Shown here: one piece after another, positions 13,555-27,000 of the stretch
Layout of the letters: every line of letters starts with the position of its first letter
Position numbering within the stretch: position 1 is the stretch's first letter
Assembly (NCBI RefSeq): GCF_009914755.1
Contig: NC_060933.1
Reading direction: 5' to 3' (one strand)
DNA: 64,000 nucleotides
DNA from: the human T2T-CHM13v2.0 reference genome, Homo sapiens
Notes under the pieces: model-generated
What the model was told of the DNA's origin: nothing
Databases searched by the model: none
Seen by the model: the letters and a program-made list of their open reading frames with translations, nothing else
Position numbers and translations under genes: made by a program

Positions 13555-15262
13555 AATACATTCCCTCCTATTCCACTCGGAACGATTCCATTCCATTCCA
13601 TTCCATTCCATTCCATTCCATTCCATTCCATTCCATTCCATTTCGTTCCATTCCTTTCTATTCCGTATCATTCCATTCCATTCCATTCCATTCCATTCCA
13701 TTCCATTCCATTGTACTCGGGTTGATTCCATTCCATTGCATTCCATTCCATTCCATTCCTTTCCATTCGGATTGATTCTATTCAACTCCCTTACTCTCCA
13801 TTACATTGCATTCCATTCGGGTTGTTCCATTCCATTCCATTCCATTCCACTCCATTCCATTGCACTCGGGTTGATTCCATTCCATTCAATTCCATTCCAT
13901 TCCATTCCGGATGATTCCATTCCATTGCATTCCTTTCCATTACATTCCCCTGCACTCGCGTTGATTCCATTCCATTCCATTCAATTGCATTCCATTACAA
14001 TTCGTTCCATTCCATTCTATTCCGTACCATTCCATTCCATTCCATACCATTCCATTCCATTCCATTCCATTCCATTCTTTTCCATTCCGTTCCATTCCAT
14101 TCCATTCCATTCTATTCAGATTAATTCCATTCCATTCCATTCCATTCCATTCTATTCCATTCCATTGCAATCGAGTTGAATCCATTGCATTTCATTCCAT
14201 TCCATTCCATTCCATTCCATTCCGGAAGATTCCATTCCATTGCATTCCATTCCATTCCATTCCCCTGCACTCGCGTTGATTCCATTCCATTCCATTCCAT
14301 TCCATTCCGTTCCGTTCCATTCCATTCCATTCCATTCCATTCCATTCCGTTCCGTTCCATTCCATTCCATTAAATTCTATTCGGGTTAATTCCATTCCAT
14401 TCCATTCGATTGCAATCCAGTTGATTCCATTCCATTCCATTCCATTCCATTCCATTCCATTCCTTTCCATTCCATTACGGATGATTCCATTCCATTGCAT
14501 TCCATTCCATTCCATTCCCCTGTACTCGGGTTGATTCCATTCCATTCCATTCCAATCCATGCCATTCCACTCGTGTTGATTCCATTCTTTCCATTCCATT
14601 CAAGTTGAATCCATTCCGTTGCATTCCATTCCATTCCATTCCCCTGCAGTCGGGTTGATTCCATTCCATTCCATTCCATTCCATTCCATTCCATTAAGTT
14701 CCGTTCCATTCCATTCCATTCCTTTCTATTCGGGTTAATTCCATTCCATTCCATTCCATTCCATTTCATTCCATTCCAATCAATTTGATTCCATTCCATT
14801 GCATTCCATTCAATTCCATTCCATTCCATTCCACTCCATTCCAGTCCTTTCCATTCCATTCCACTCGGGTTTATTCCAATTTATTCCTTTCCATTCCATT
14901 CCTTTCCATTGCAATCGAGTTGATTCCATTGCTTTGCATTCCATTCCATTCCATTCCATTCCGGATGATTCCATTCCATTGCATTCCATTCCATTCCATT
15001 CCCCTGCACTCGGGTTGATTCCATTCCATTCCACTCCATTCCGTTCCATTCCATTCCATTCCATTGTATTCGTGTTAATTCCATTCCATTCCATTCCATT
15101 CCATTCCATTCCATTACAATCGAGTTGAATCCATTCCATTCCATTGCATTCCAGTCCTTTCCATTCCATTCCACTCGGGTTGATTCCATTCTATTAGTTT
15201 CCATTCCATTCCATTCCCTTCCATTCCACTCTGGTTGATTCCATTCCTTTAAATTCCACTCG
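13555..15262 (+). repeat. Example of the underlying ~1.65-1.7 kb HSat3 unit
   Basis: Landmark AATACATTCCCTCCTATTCCACTCGGAACG recurs at spacings of 1672 (4281-5953), 1708 (13555-15263), 1663 (21715-23378), 1648 (29866-31514), 1638 (37868-39506), 1643 (40365-42008), 1718 (43405-45123) and 1693 (48383-50076), with a largely shared module order between. Confidence 0.8.
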
Positions 15263-16738
15263 AATACGTTCCCTCCTATTCCACTCGGAACGATTCCATT
15301 CCATTCCATTCCATTCCATTCCATTCCATTCCATTCCATTCCATTTCGTTCCATTCCATTCTATTCCGTATCATTCCATTCCATTCCATTGCATTCCATT
15401 CCATTCCATTCCATTCCATTCCGTTGCATTCCATTCCATTACATTCGGATTGATTCTATTCAACTCCCTTACTCTCCATTACATTCCATTCCATTCGGGT
15501 TGTTCCATTCCATTCCACTCCATTCCATTGCACTCGGGTTGATTCCATTCCATTCCATTCCATTTCGGATGATTCCATTCCATTGCATTCCGTTCCATTA
15601 CATTCCCCTGCACTCGCGTTGATTCCATTCCATTCCATTCCATTCCATTCAATTCCATTCCATTACAATTCGTTCCATTCCATTCTATTCCGTACCATTC
15701 CATTCCATTCCATACCATTCCATTCCATTCCATTCCATTCCATTCCGTTCCATTCCGTTCCATTCCATTCCATTCCATTCTATTCGGATTAATTCCATTC
15801 CATTCCATTCCATTACATTCTATTCCATTCCATTGCAATCGAGTTGAATCCATTGCATTTCATTCCATTCCATTCCATTCCATTCCATTCCATTCCGGAA
15901 GATTCCATTCCATTGCATTCCTTTCCATTCCATTCCCCTGCACTCGCGTTGATTCCATTCCATACCATTCCATTCCATTCCGTTCCGTTCCATTCCATTC
16001 CATTCCATTCCATTCCATTCCGTTCCCTTCCATTCTATTCCATTCCATTCCATTCGGGTTAATTCCATTCCATTCCATTCGATTGCAATCCAGTTGATTC
16101 CGTTCCATTCCATTCCATTGCATTCCATTCCATTCCTTTCCATTCCATTACGGATGATTCCATTCCATTGCATTCCATTCCATTCCATTCCCCTGTACTC
16201 GGGTTGATTCCATTCCATTCCATTCCAATCCATGCCATTCCACTCGTGTTGATTCCATTCTTTCCATTCCATTCAAGTTGAATCCATTGCATTGCATTCC
16301 ATTCAATTCGATTCCATTCGATTGCACTCGGGTTTATTCCATTCCATTGCATTCCATTCCATTCCATTCCATTCCATTCCATTCCATTCCATTCCATTCC
16401 ATTACATTCGGATTGATTCTATTCAACTCCCTTACTCTCCATTACATTCCATTCCATTCGGGTTGTTCCATTCCATTCCATTCCGTTCCACTCCATTCCA
16501 TTGCACTCGGGTTGATTCCATTCCATTCCATTCCATTTCATTCCATTCCATTCCACTCCATTCCGGATGATTCCATTCCATTGCATTCCGTTCCATTACA
16601 TTCCCCTGCACTCGGGTTGTTTCCATTCCATTCCATTCCATTCCATTCGATTCCATTCCATTCCAATTCTTTCCATTCCATTCTATTCCGTACCATGCCA
16701 TTGCATTCCATACAATTCCATTCCATTCCATTCCACAC

Positions 16739-16783
16739 CGTTCCGTTCCGTTCCGTTCCGTTCCGTTCCGTTCCGTTCCGTTC
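16739..16783 (+). repeat. (CGTTC)9 CpG-rich variant microsatellite within the array
   Basis: Nine consecutive CGTTC units. Shorter 5-6 unit runs occur at 7704-7733, ~25328, ~33449, ~44143 and ~49196. Confidence 0.85.
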
Positions 16784-19700
16784 CATTCCATTCCATTCCA
16801 TTCCATTCTATTCGGTTTAATTCCATTCCATTCCATTCCATTCCATTCTATTCCATTCCATTGCAATCGAGTTGAATCCATTGCATTCCATTCCATTCCA
16901 TTCCATTCCATTCCGGAAGATTCCATTCCATTGCATTAAATTCCATTCCATTCTATTCCATTCCATTCCATTCCATTCCATTGTACTCGGGTTGATTCCA
17001 TTCCATTGCATTCCATTCCATTCCATTCCATTCCATTCCGTTCCATTCCATTCCATTACATTCGGATTGATTCTTTTCAACTCCCTTACTCTCCATTACA
17101 TTCCATTCCATTCGGGTTGTTCCATTCCATTCCATTCCATTCCACTCCATTCCTTTGCACTCGGGTTGATTCCATTCCATTCCATTCCGGATGATTCCAT
17201 TCCGTTGCATTCCGTTCCATTACATTCTCCTGCACTCGGGTTGATTCCATTCCATTCCATTCCATTCCATTCAATTCCATTCCATTCCGTTCCGTTCCGT
17301 TCCATTCCATTCCATTCCATTCTATTCGGGTTAATTCCATTCCATTCCATTCGAATGCAATCGAGTTGATTCCATTCCATTCCATTCCATTGCATTCCAT
17401 TCCATTCCTTTCCATTCCATTACGGATGATTCCATTCCATTGCATTCCATTCCATTCCATTCCCCTGTACTCGGGTTGATTCCATTCCATTCCATTCCAA
17501 TCCATGCCATTCCACTCGTGTTGTTTCCAGTCTTTCCATTCCATTCAAGTTGATTCCATTCCATTGCATTCCATTCCATTCGATTCCATTTGATTGCACT
17601 CGGGTTGATTCCATTCCATAACATTCCATTCCATTCCATTCCATTCCATTCCATTCCATTCCATTCCATTGCATTCGGATTGATTCTATTCAATTCCCTT
17701 ACACTCCATTACATTCCATTCCATTCGGGTAGTTTCCATTCCATTCCATTCCATTCCTCTCCATTTCATTGCACTCGGGTTGATTCCATTCCATTGCATT
17801 CCATTCCATTCCATTCCATTCTATTCCTTTCCATTCCATTCCATTACATTCGGATTGATTCTATTCAACTCCCTTACTCTCCATTCCATTCCATTCCATT
17901 CGGGTTGTTCCATTCCATTCCATTCCATTCCACTCCATTACATTGCACTCGGGTTGATTCCATTCCATTCCATTCCATTCCATTCCGGAATATTCCATTC
18001 CATTGCATTCCATTCCATTCCATTCCCGTGCACTCGCGTTGATTCCAATCTATTCCATTCTATTCCATTCCATTCCCTTCCTTTCCGTTCCATTCCATTC
18101 CATTCCATTCCATTCCATTCCATTCCGTTCCGTTCCATTCCATTCCATTCCATTCTATTCGGGTTAATTCCATTCCATTCCATTCGATTGCAATCGAGTT
18201 GATTCCATTCCATTCGATTCCATTCCATTCCATTCCATTCCATTCCATTCCATTCCTTTCCATTCCATTACGGATGATTCCATTCCATTGCATTCCATTC
18301 CATTCCATTCCCCTGTACTCGGGTTGATTCCATTCCTTTCCATTCCAATCCATGCCCTTCCACTCGTGTTGATTCCATTCTTTCCATTCCATCCTAGTTG
18401 AATCCATTCCATTGCATTCCATTCCATTCGATTCCATTCGAGTGCAGTCGGGTTGATTCCATTCCATTGCATTCCATTCCATTCCATTCCCCTGCACTCG
18501 CGTTGATTCCATTCTATTCCATTCTATTCCATTCCATTCCCTTCCTTTTCGTTCCATTCCATTCCATTCCATTCCATTCCATTCCGTTCCGTTCCATTCC
18601 ATTCCATTCCATTCTATTCGGGTTAATTCCATTCCATTCCATTCGATTGCCATCGAGTTGATTCCATTCCTTTCCATTCCATTCCATTCCATTCCTTTCC
18701 ATTCCATTCCTTTCCATTCCATTACGGATGACTCCATTCCATTGCATTCCATTCCCCTGTACTCGGGTTGATTCCATTCCATTCCATTCCACTCCATTCG
18801 GTTCCGTTGCATTCCATTCTATTGCATTCCCTTCTATTCGGGTTAATTCCATTCCATTCTATTCCATTCCATTCCATTCCATTCCATTGCAATGGAGTTG
18901 ATTCCATTCCATTCCATTCCATTCAGGATGATTCCATTCCATTGCATTCCATTCCATTCCATTCCCCTGCACTCGTGTTGATTCCATTCCCTTCCATTCC
19001 ATTCCATTCCGTTCCATTCCATTCCATTCCATTCTATTCCGGTTAATTCCATTCCATTCCATTCCATTCCATTCCATTCCATTCCATTGCAATCGAGTTG
19101 ATTCCATTCCATTCCTTTCCATTCCATTCCATTGCCTTGCATTCCACTCGGGTTGATTCCATTCCCTTCTTTCCACTCCATTACATTCTCTTCCATTCCA
19201 CTCGGAATGATTGATTCCATTCCATTCCATTCCATTTCATTCCATTTTAATCCATTCCAATCCATTCCATTCCATTCCATTCCACTCGAGTTGACTTCAT
19301 TCCATTCCTTTCCATTCCATTCCATTCCTTTCCACTCGAGTTGATTCCATTCCATTCCAATCCATTGCAATCCATTCCATGCCATTCCACTCGGGTTGAT
19401 TCCATTCCTTTGCATTCCATTCCATTCCATTCCATTGCATTCCATTCCATTCCATTCCGTTGCATTCCATTCCATTACATTCGGATTGATTCTATTCCAC
19501 TCCCTTACTCTCCATTACATTCCATTCCATTCGGGTTGTTCCATTCCATTCCATTCCATTCCACTCCATTCCATTGCACTCGGGTTGATTCCATTCCATT
19601 CCATTCCATTCCATTCCATTCCATTCCATTCCAGATGATTCCATTCCATTGAATTCCGTTCCATTACATTCCCCTGCACTCGCGTTGATTCCATTCCATT

Positions 19701-21050
19701 CCATTCCATTCAATTCCATTCCATTACAATTCGTTCCTTTCCATTCTATTCCGTACCATTCCATTCCATTCCATACCATTCCATTCCATTCCATTCCATT
19801 CCATTCCATTCCATTCCGTTCCATTCCGTTCCATTCCATTCCATTCCATTCTATTCGGGTTAATTCCATTCCATTCCATTCCATCCCATTCTATTACATT
19901 CCATTGCAATCGAGTTGAATCCATTGCATTTCATTCCATTCCATTCCATTCCATTCCATTCTATTCCGGAAGATTCCATTCCATTGCATTCCATTCCATT
20001 CCATTCCCCTGCACTCGCGTTGATTCCATTCCATTCCATTCCATTCCATTCCATTCCATTCCATTCCATTCCCCTGCACTCGCGTTGATTCCATTCCATT
20101 CCATTCCATTCCATTCCATTCCATTCCATTCCGTTCCGTTCCGTTCCATTCCATTCCATTCCATTCCATTCCATTCCGTTCCGTTCCATTCCATTCCATT
20201 CCATTCTATTCGGGTTAATTCCATTCCATTCCATTCGATTGCAATCGTGTTGATTCCATTCCATTCCATTCCATTCCATTCCATTACATTCCATTCCATT
20301 CCATTCCTTTCCATTCCATTACGGATGATTCCATTCCATTGCATTCCATTCCATTCCATTCCCCTGTACTCGGGTTGATTCCATTCCATTGCATTCCAAT
20401 CCATGCCCTTCCACTCGTGTTGATTCCATTCTTTCCATTCCATTCAAGTTGAATCCATTCCATTGCATTCCATTCCATTCGATTCCATTCGATTGCACTC
20501 GGGTTGATTCCATTCCATTGCATTCCATTCCATTCCATTCCATTCCATTCCACTCCGTTCCATTCCATTCCATTACATTCGGATTGATTCTATTCAATTC
20601 CCTTACACTCCATTACATTCCATTCCATTCGGGTAGTTTCCATTCCATTCCATTCCATTCCTCTCCATTCCATTGCAATCGGGTTGATTCCATTCCATTG
20701 CATTCCATTCCATTCCATTCCATTCAATTCCATTCCGTTCCATTCCATTCCATTACATTCTGATTGATTCTATTCAACTCCCTTACTCTCCATTACATTC
20801 CATTCCATTCGGGTTGTTCCATTCCATTCCATTCCATTCCACTCCATTCCATTGCACTCGGGTTTATTCCATTCCATTCCATTCCATTCCATTCCATTCC
20901 ATTCCATTCCATTCTATTCCATTCCATTGCAATCGAGTTGAATCCATTGCATTTCATTCCATTGCATTCCATTCCATTCCATTCCCCTGTACTCGGGTTG
21001 ATTCCATTCCATTTCATTCCAATCCATGCCATTCCACTCGTGTTGATTCC

Positions 21051-24000
21051 ATTCTTTACATTCCATTCAAGTTGAATCCATTCCATTGCATTCCATTCCA
21101 TTCCATTCCCCTGCAGTCGGGTTGATTCCATTCCATTCCATTCCATTCCAATCCGTTCCGTTCCGTTCCATTCCATTCCATTCCTTTCTATTCGGGTTAA
21201 TTCCATTCCATTCCATTCCATTCCATTCCATTCCATTCCAATCAAGTTGATTCCATTCCATTCCATTCCATTCCATTCCATTCCATTCCACTGCATTCCA
21301 GTCCTTTCCATTCCATTCCACTCGGGTTGATTCCAATGTATTCCTTTCCATTCCATTCCATTCCTTTGCAATCGAGTTGATTCCATTGCTTTGCATTCCA
21401 TTCCATTCCATTCCATTCCGGATGATTCCATTCCATTGCATTCCATTCCATTCCATTCCCCTGCATTCGGGTTGATTCCATTCCATTCCACTCCATTCCG
21501 TTCCATTCCATTCCATTCCATTGTATTCGGGTTAATTCCATTCCATTCCATTCCATTCCATTCCATTACAATCGAGTTGATTCCATTCCATTCCATTCCA
21601 TTCCAGTCCTTTCCATTCCATTCCTCTCTGGTTGATTCCATTCTATTAGATTCCATTCCATTCCATTCCCTTCCATTCCACTCTGGTTGATTCCATTCCT
21701 TTCCATTCCACTCGAATACATTCCCTCCTATTCCACTCGGAACGATTCCATTCCATTCCATTCCATTCCATTCCATTCCATTCCATTCCATTCCATTCCA
21801 TTCCATTGTACTCGGGTTGATTCCATTCCATTGCATTCCATTCCATTCCATTCCTTTCCATTCGGATTGATTCTATTCAACTCCCTTACTCTCCATTACA
21901 TTACATTCCATTCGGGTTGTTCCATTCCATTCCATTCCATTCCACTCCATTCCATTGCACTCGGGTTGATTCCATTCAATTCAATTCCATTCCATTCCAT
22001 TCCAGATGATTCCATTCCATTGCATTCGTTTCCATTACATTCCCCTGCACTCGCGTTGATTCCATTCCATTCCATTCAATTCCATTCCATTACAATTCGT
22101 TCCATTCCATTCTATTCCGTACCATTCCATTCCATTCCATACCATTCCATTCCATTCCATTCCATTCCATTCCATTCTTTTCCATTCCGTTCCATTCCAT
22201 TCCATTCCATTCTATTCAGATTAATTCCATTCCATTCCATTCCATTCCATTCTATTCCATTCAATTGCAATCGAGTTGAATCCATTGCATTTCATTCCAT
22301 TCCATTCCATTCCATTCCATTCCGGAAGATTCCATTCCATTGCATTCCATTCCATTCCATTCCCCTGCACTCGCGTTGATTCCATTCCATTCCATTCCAT
22401 TCCATTCCGTTCCGTTCCATTCCATTCCATTCCATTCCATTCCATTCCGTTCCGTTCCATTCCATTCCATTCCATTCTATTCGGGTTAATTCCATTCCAT
22501 TCCATTCGATTGCAATCGAGTTGATTCCATTCCATTCCATTCCATTCCATTCCATTCCATTCCATTCCTTTCCATTCCATTACGGATGATTCCATTCCAT
22601 TGCATTCCATTCCATTCCATTCCCCTGTACTCGGGTTGATTCCATTCCATTCCATTCCAATCCATGCCATTCCACTCGTGTTGATTCCATTCTTTCCATT
22701 CCATTCAAGTTGAATCCATTCCGTTGCATTCCATTCCATTCCATTCCCCTGCAGTCGGGTTGATTCCATTCCATTCCATTCCATTCCATTCCATTCCATT
22801 CCGTTCCGTTCCGTTCCGTTCCATTCCATTCCATTCCTTTCTATTCGGGTTAATTCCATTCCATTCCATTCCATTCCATTTCATTCCATTCCAATCAAGT
22901 TGATTCCATTCCATTGCATTCCATTCAATTCCATTCCATTCCATTCCACTCCATTCCAGTCCTTTCCATTCCATTCCACTCGGGTTTATTCCAATGTATT
23001 CCTTTCCATTCCATTCCTTTCCATTGCAATCGAGTTGATTCCATTGCTTTGCATTCCATTCCATCCCATTCCATTCCGGATGATTCCATTCCATTGCATT
23101 CCATTCCATTCCATTCCCCTGCACTCGGGTTGATTCCATTCCATTCCACTCCATTCCATTCCATTCCATTCCATTCCATTGTATTCGGGTTAATTCCATT
23201 CCATTCCATTCCATTCCATTCCATTCCATTACAATCGAGTTGATTCCATTCCATTCCATTGCATTCCAGTCCTTTCCATTCCATTCCACTCGGGTTGATT
23301 CCATTCTATTAGTTTCCATTCCATTCCATTCCCTTCCATTCCACTCTGGTTGATTCCATTCCTTTAAATTCCACTCGAATACATTCCCTCCTATTCCACT
23401 CGGAACGATTCCATTCCATTCCATTCCATTCCATTCCATTCCATTCCATTCCATTCCATTTCGTTCCATTCCATTCTATTCCGTATCATTCCATTCCATT
23501 CCATTGCATTCCATTCCATTCCATTCCATTCCATTCCGTTGCATTCCATTCCATTACATTCGGATTGATTCTATTCAACTCCCTTACTCTCCATTACATT
23601 ACATTCCATTCGGGTTGTTCCATTCCATTCCACTCCATTCCATTGCACTCGGGTTGATTCCATTCCATTCCATTCCATTCCGGATGATTCCATTCCATTG
23701 CATTCCGTTCCATTACATTCCCCTGCACTCGCGTTGATTCCATTCCATTCCATTCCATTCCATTCAATTCCATTCCATTACAATTCGTTCCATTCCATTC
23801 TATTCCGTACCATTCCATTCCATTCCATACCATTCCATTCCATTCCATTCCATTCCATTCCGTTCCATTCCGTTCCATTCCATTCCATTCCATTCTATTC
23901 GGATTAATTCCATTCCATTCCATTCCATTACATTCTATTCCATTCCATTGCAATCGAGTTGAATCCATTGCATTTCATTCCATTCCATTCCATTCCATTC

Positions 24001-27000
24001 CATTCCATTCCGGAAGATTCCATTCCATTGCATTCCTTTCCATTCCATTCCCCTGCACTCGCGTTGATTCCATTCCATACCATTCCATTCCATTCCGTTC
24101 CGTTCCATTCCATTCCATTCCATTCCATTCCATTCCGTTCCCTTCCATTCTATTCCATTCCATTCCATTCGGGTTAATTCCATTCCATTCCATTCGATTG
24201 CAATCCAGTTGATTCCATTCCATTCCATTCCATTCCATTCCATTCCATTCCTTTCCATTCCATTACGGATGATTCCATTCCATTGCATTCCATTCCATTC
24301 CATTCCCCTGTACTCGGGTTGATTCCATTCCATTCCATTCCAATCCATGCCATTCCACTCGTGTTGATTCCATTCTTTCCATTCCATTCAAGTTGAATCC
24401 ATTGCATTGCATTCCATTCAATTCGATTCCATTCGATTGCACTCGGGTTTATTCCATTCCATTGCATTCCATTCCATTCCATTCCATTCCATTCCATTCC
24501 ATTCCATTACATTCGGATTGATTCTATTCAACTCCCTTACTCTCCATTACATTCCATTCCATTCGGGTTGTTCCATTCCATTCCATTCCATTCCACTGCA
24601 TTCCACTGCACTCGGGTTGATTCCATTCCATTCCATTCCATTCCATTCCATTCCATTCCAGTCCTTTCCATTCCATTCCACTTGGGTTGATTCCATTCTA
24701 TTGGTTTCCATTCCATTCCATTCCCTTCCATTCCACTCTGGTTGATTCCATTCCTTTCCATTCCACTCGAATACATTCTCTCCTATTCCACTCGGAATGA
24801 TTCCATTCCATTCCATTCCATTCCATTCCATTCCATTCCATTTCGTTCCATTCCATTCTATTCCGTATCATTCCATTCCATTCCATTCCATTCCGTTCCA
24901 TTGTACTCGGGTTGATTCCATTCCATTGCATTCCATTCCATTCCATTCCATTCCATTCCATTCCATTCCATTCCGTTCCATTCCATTACATTCGGATTGA
25001 TTCTATTCAACTCCCTAACTCTCCATTACATTCCATTCCATTCGGGTTGATCCATTCCATTCCATTCCATTCCACTCCATTCCATTGCACTCGGGTTGAT
25101 TCCATTCCATTCCATTCCATTCCATTCCATTCCATTCCATTCCATTCCGGATGATTCCATTCCATTGCATTCCGTTCCATTACATTCCCCTGCACTCGGG
25201 TTGATTCCATTCCATTCCATTCCATTGCATTCCATTCCATTCCATTCCATTCCAATTCTTTCCATTCCATTCTATTCCGTACCATGCCATTCCATTCCAT
25301 ACAACACCATTCCATTCCATTCCACTCCGTTCCGTTCCGTTCCGTTCCGTTCCGTTCCATTCCATTCCATTGCATTCTATTCGGGTTAATTCCATTCCAT
25401 TCCATTCGATTGCAATCGAGTTGATTCCATTCCATTCCATTCCATTCCATTCCATTCCATTCCATTCCTTTCCATTCCATTACGGATGATTCCATTCCAT
25501 TGCATTCCATTCCATTCCATTTCCCTGTACTCGGGTTGATTCCATTCCATTTCTTTCCAATCCATGCCATTCCACTCGTGTTGATTCCATTCTTTCCATT
25601 CCATTCAAGTTGAATCCATTCCATTGCATTCCATTCCATTCCATTCCCCTGCATTCGGGTTGTTTCCATTCCATTCCATTCCATTCCATTCCATTCCATT
25701 CCATTCCATTCCGTTCTGTTCCATTCCATTCCATTCCATTCTATTCGGGTTAATTCCATTCCTTTCCATTCCATTCCATTCCATTCCATTCCAATCTAGT
25801 TGATTCCATTCCATTCCATTCCATTCCATTCCACTCCATTCCAGTCCATTCCATTCCATTCCACTCGGGTTGATTCCAATGTATTCCTTTCCATTCCATT
25901 CCATTCCATTGCAATCGAGTTGATTCCATTGCTTTGCATTCCATTCCATTCCATTCCATTCCGGATGATTCCATTCCATTGCATTCCATTCCATTCCATT
26001 CCCCTGCACTCGGGTTGATTCCATTCCATTCCACTCCATTCCATTCCATTCCATTCCATTCCGTTGTATTCGGGTTAATTCCATTCCATTCCATTCCATT
26101 CCATTCCATTCCATTCCATTCCATTCCATTCCATTCCATTCCTTTCCATTCCATTCCACTCGGGTTGATTCCATTCTATTAGTTTCCATTCCATTCCATT
26201 CCCTTCCATTCCACTCTGGTTGATTCCATTCCTTTCCATTCCACTCGAATACATTCCCTCCTATTCCACTCGGAACGATTCTATTCCATTCCATTCCATT
26301 CCATTCCATTCCATTCCATTTCGTTCCATTCCATTCTATTCCGTACCATTCCATTCCATTCCATTCCTTTCCATTCCATTCCATTCCACTCGTGTTGATT
26401 CCATTCCTTTCCATTCCATTCGGTTTGAAAGCATTCCATTCCATTCAATTCCACTCCATTCCATTCCATTCCATTCCATTCCATTCCATTCCATTCCATT
26501 CCATTGTACTCGGGTTGATTCCATTCCATTGCATTCCATTCCATTCCATTCCATTCCATTCCATTCCATTCCATTCCGTTGCATTCCATTCCATTCCATT
26601 CCCCTGCACTCGCGTTGATTCCATTCCATTCCATTCCATTCCATTCCATTCCGTTCCGTTCCATTGCATTCCATTCCATTCCATTCCGTTCCGTTCCATT
26701 CCATTCCATTCCATTCCATTCTATTCGGGTTACTTCCATTCCATTCCATTCGATTGCAATCGAGTTGATTCCGTTCCATTCCATTCCATTCCTTTCTATT
26801 CGGGTTACTTCCATTCCATTCCATTCGATTGCAATCGAGTTGATTCCATTCCATTCCATTCCATTGCATTCCATTCCATTCCTTTCCATTCCATTACGGA
26901 TGATTCCATTCCATTGCATTCCATTCCATTCCATTCCCCTGTACTCGGGTTGATTCCATTCCATTCCATTCCAATCCATGCCATTCCACTCGTGTTGTTT

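Larger units (their letters stand above)
11740..17450 (+). repeat. ~1.05 kb block duplicated at ~4.66 kb offset (about 11740-12800 and 16400-17450)
   Basis: Shared ordered variants: CGTTCCACTC, CGGTTTAATT (12160/16813), GCATTAAATT (12280/16933), GATTCTTTTCAAC (12421/17069), TACATTCTCCTGC (12573/17221). Confidence 0.82.
12891..21050 (+). repeat. ~8.1 kb higher-order repeat, copy 1 (8160 bp marker to marker)
   Basis: Rare variant ATTCTTTACATTCC at 12891 recurs at 21051. Internal markers CCTTTAAATTCC (~15247), CATAACATTC (17617), ATCCTAGTTG (18391) and ATTGCCTTGC (19131) recur in the same order in later copies. Confidence 0.88.

Noticed and set aside
20793-21851. Long - strand MEWNG-type ORFs (also 30706-31680, 41116-42084, 62706-63668)
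   Set aside because: These are an artefact of (GGAAT)n. Frame continuity changes between near-identical HOR copies through 5-bp indels, so there is no coding constraint.
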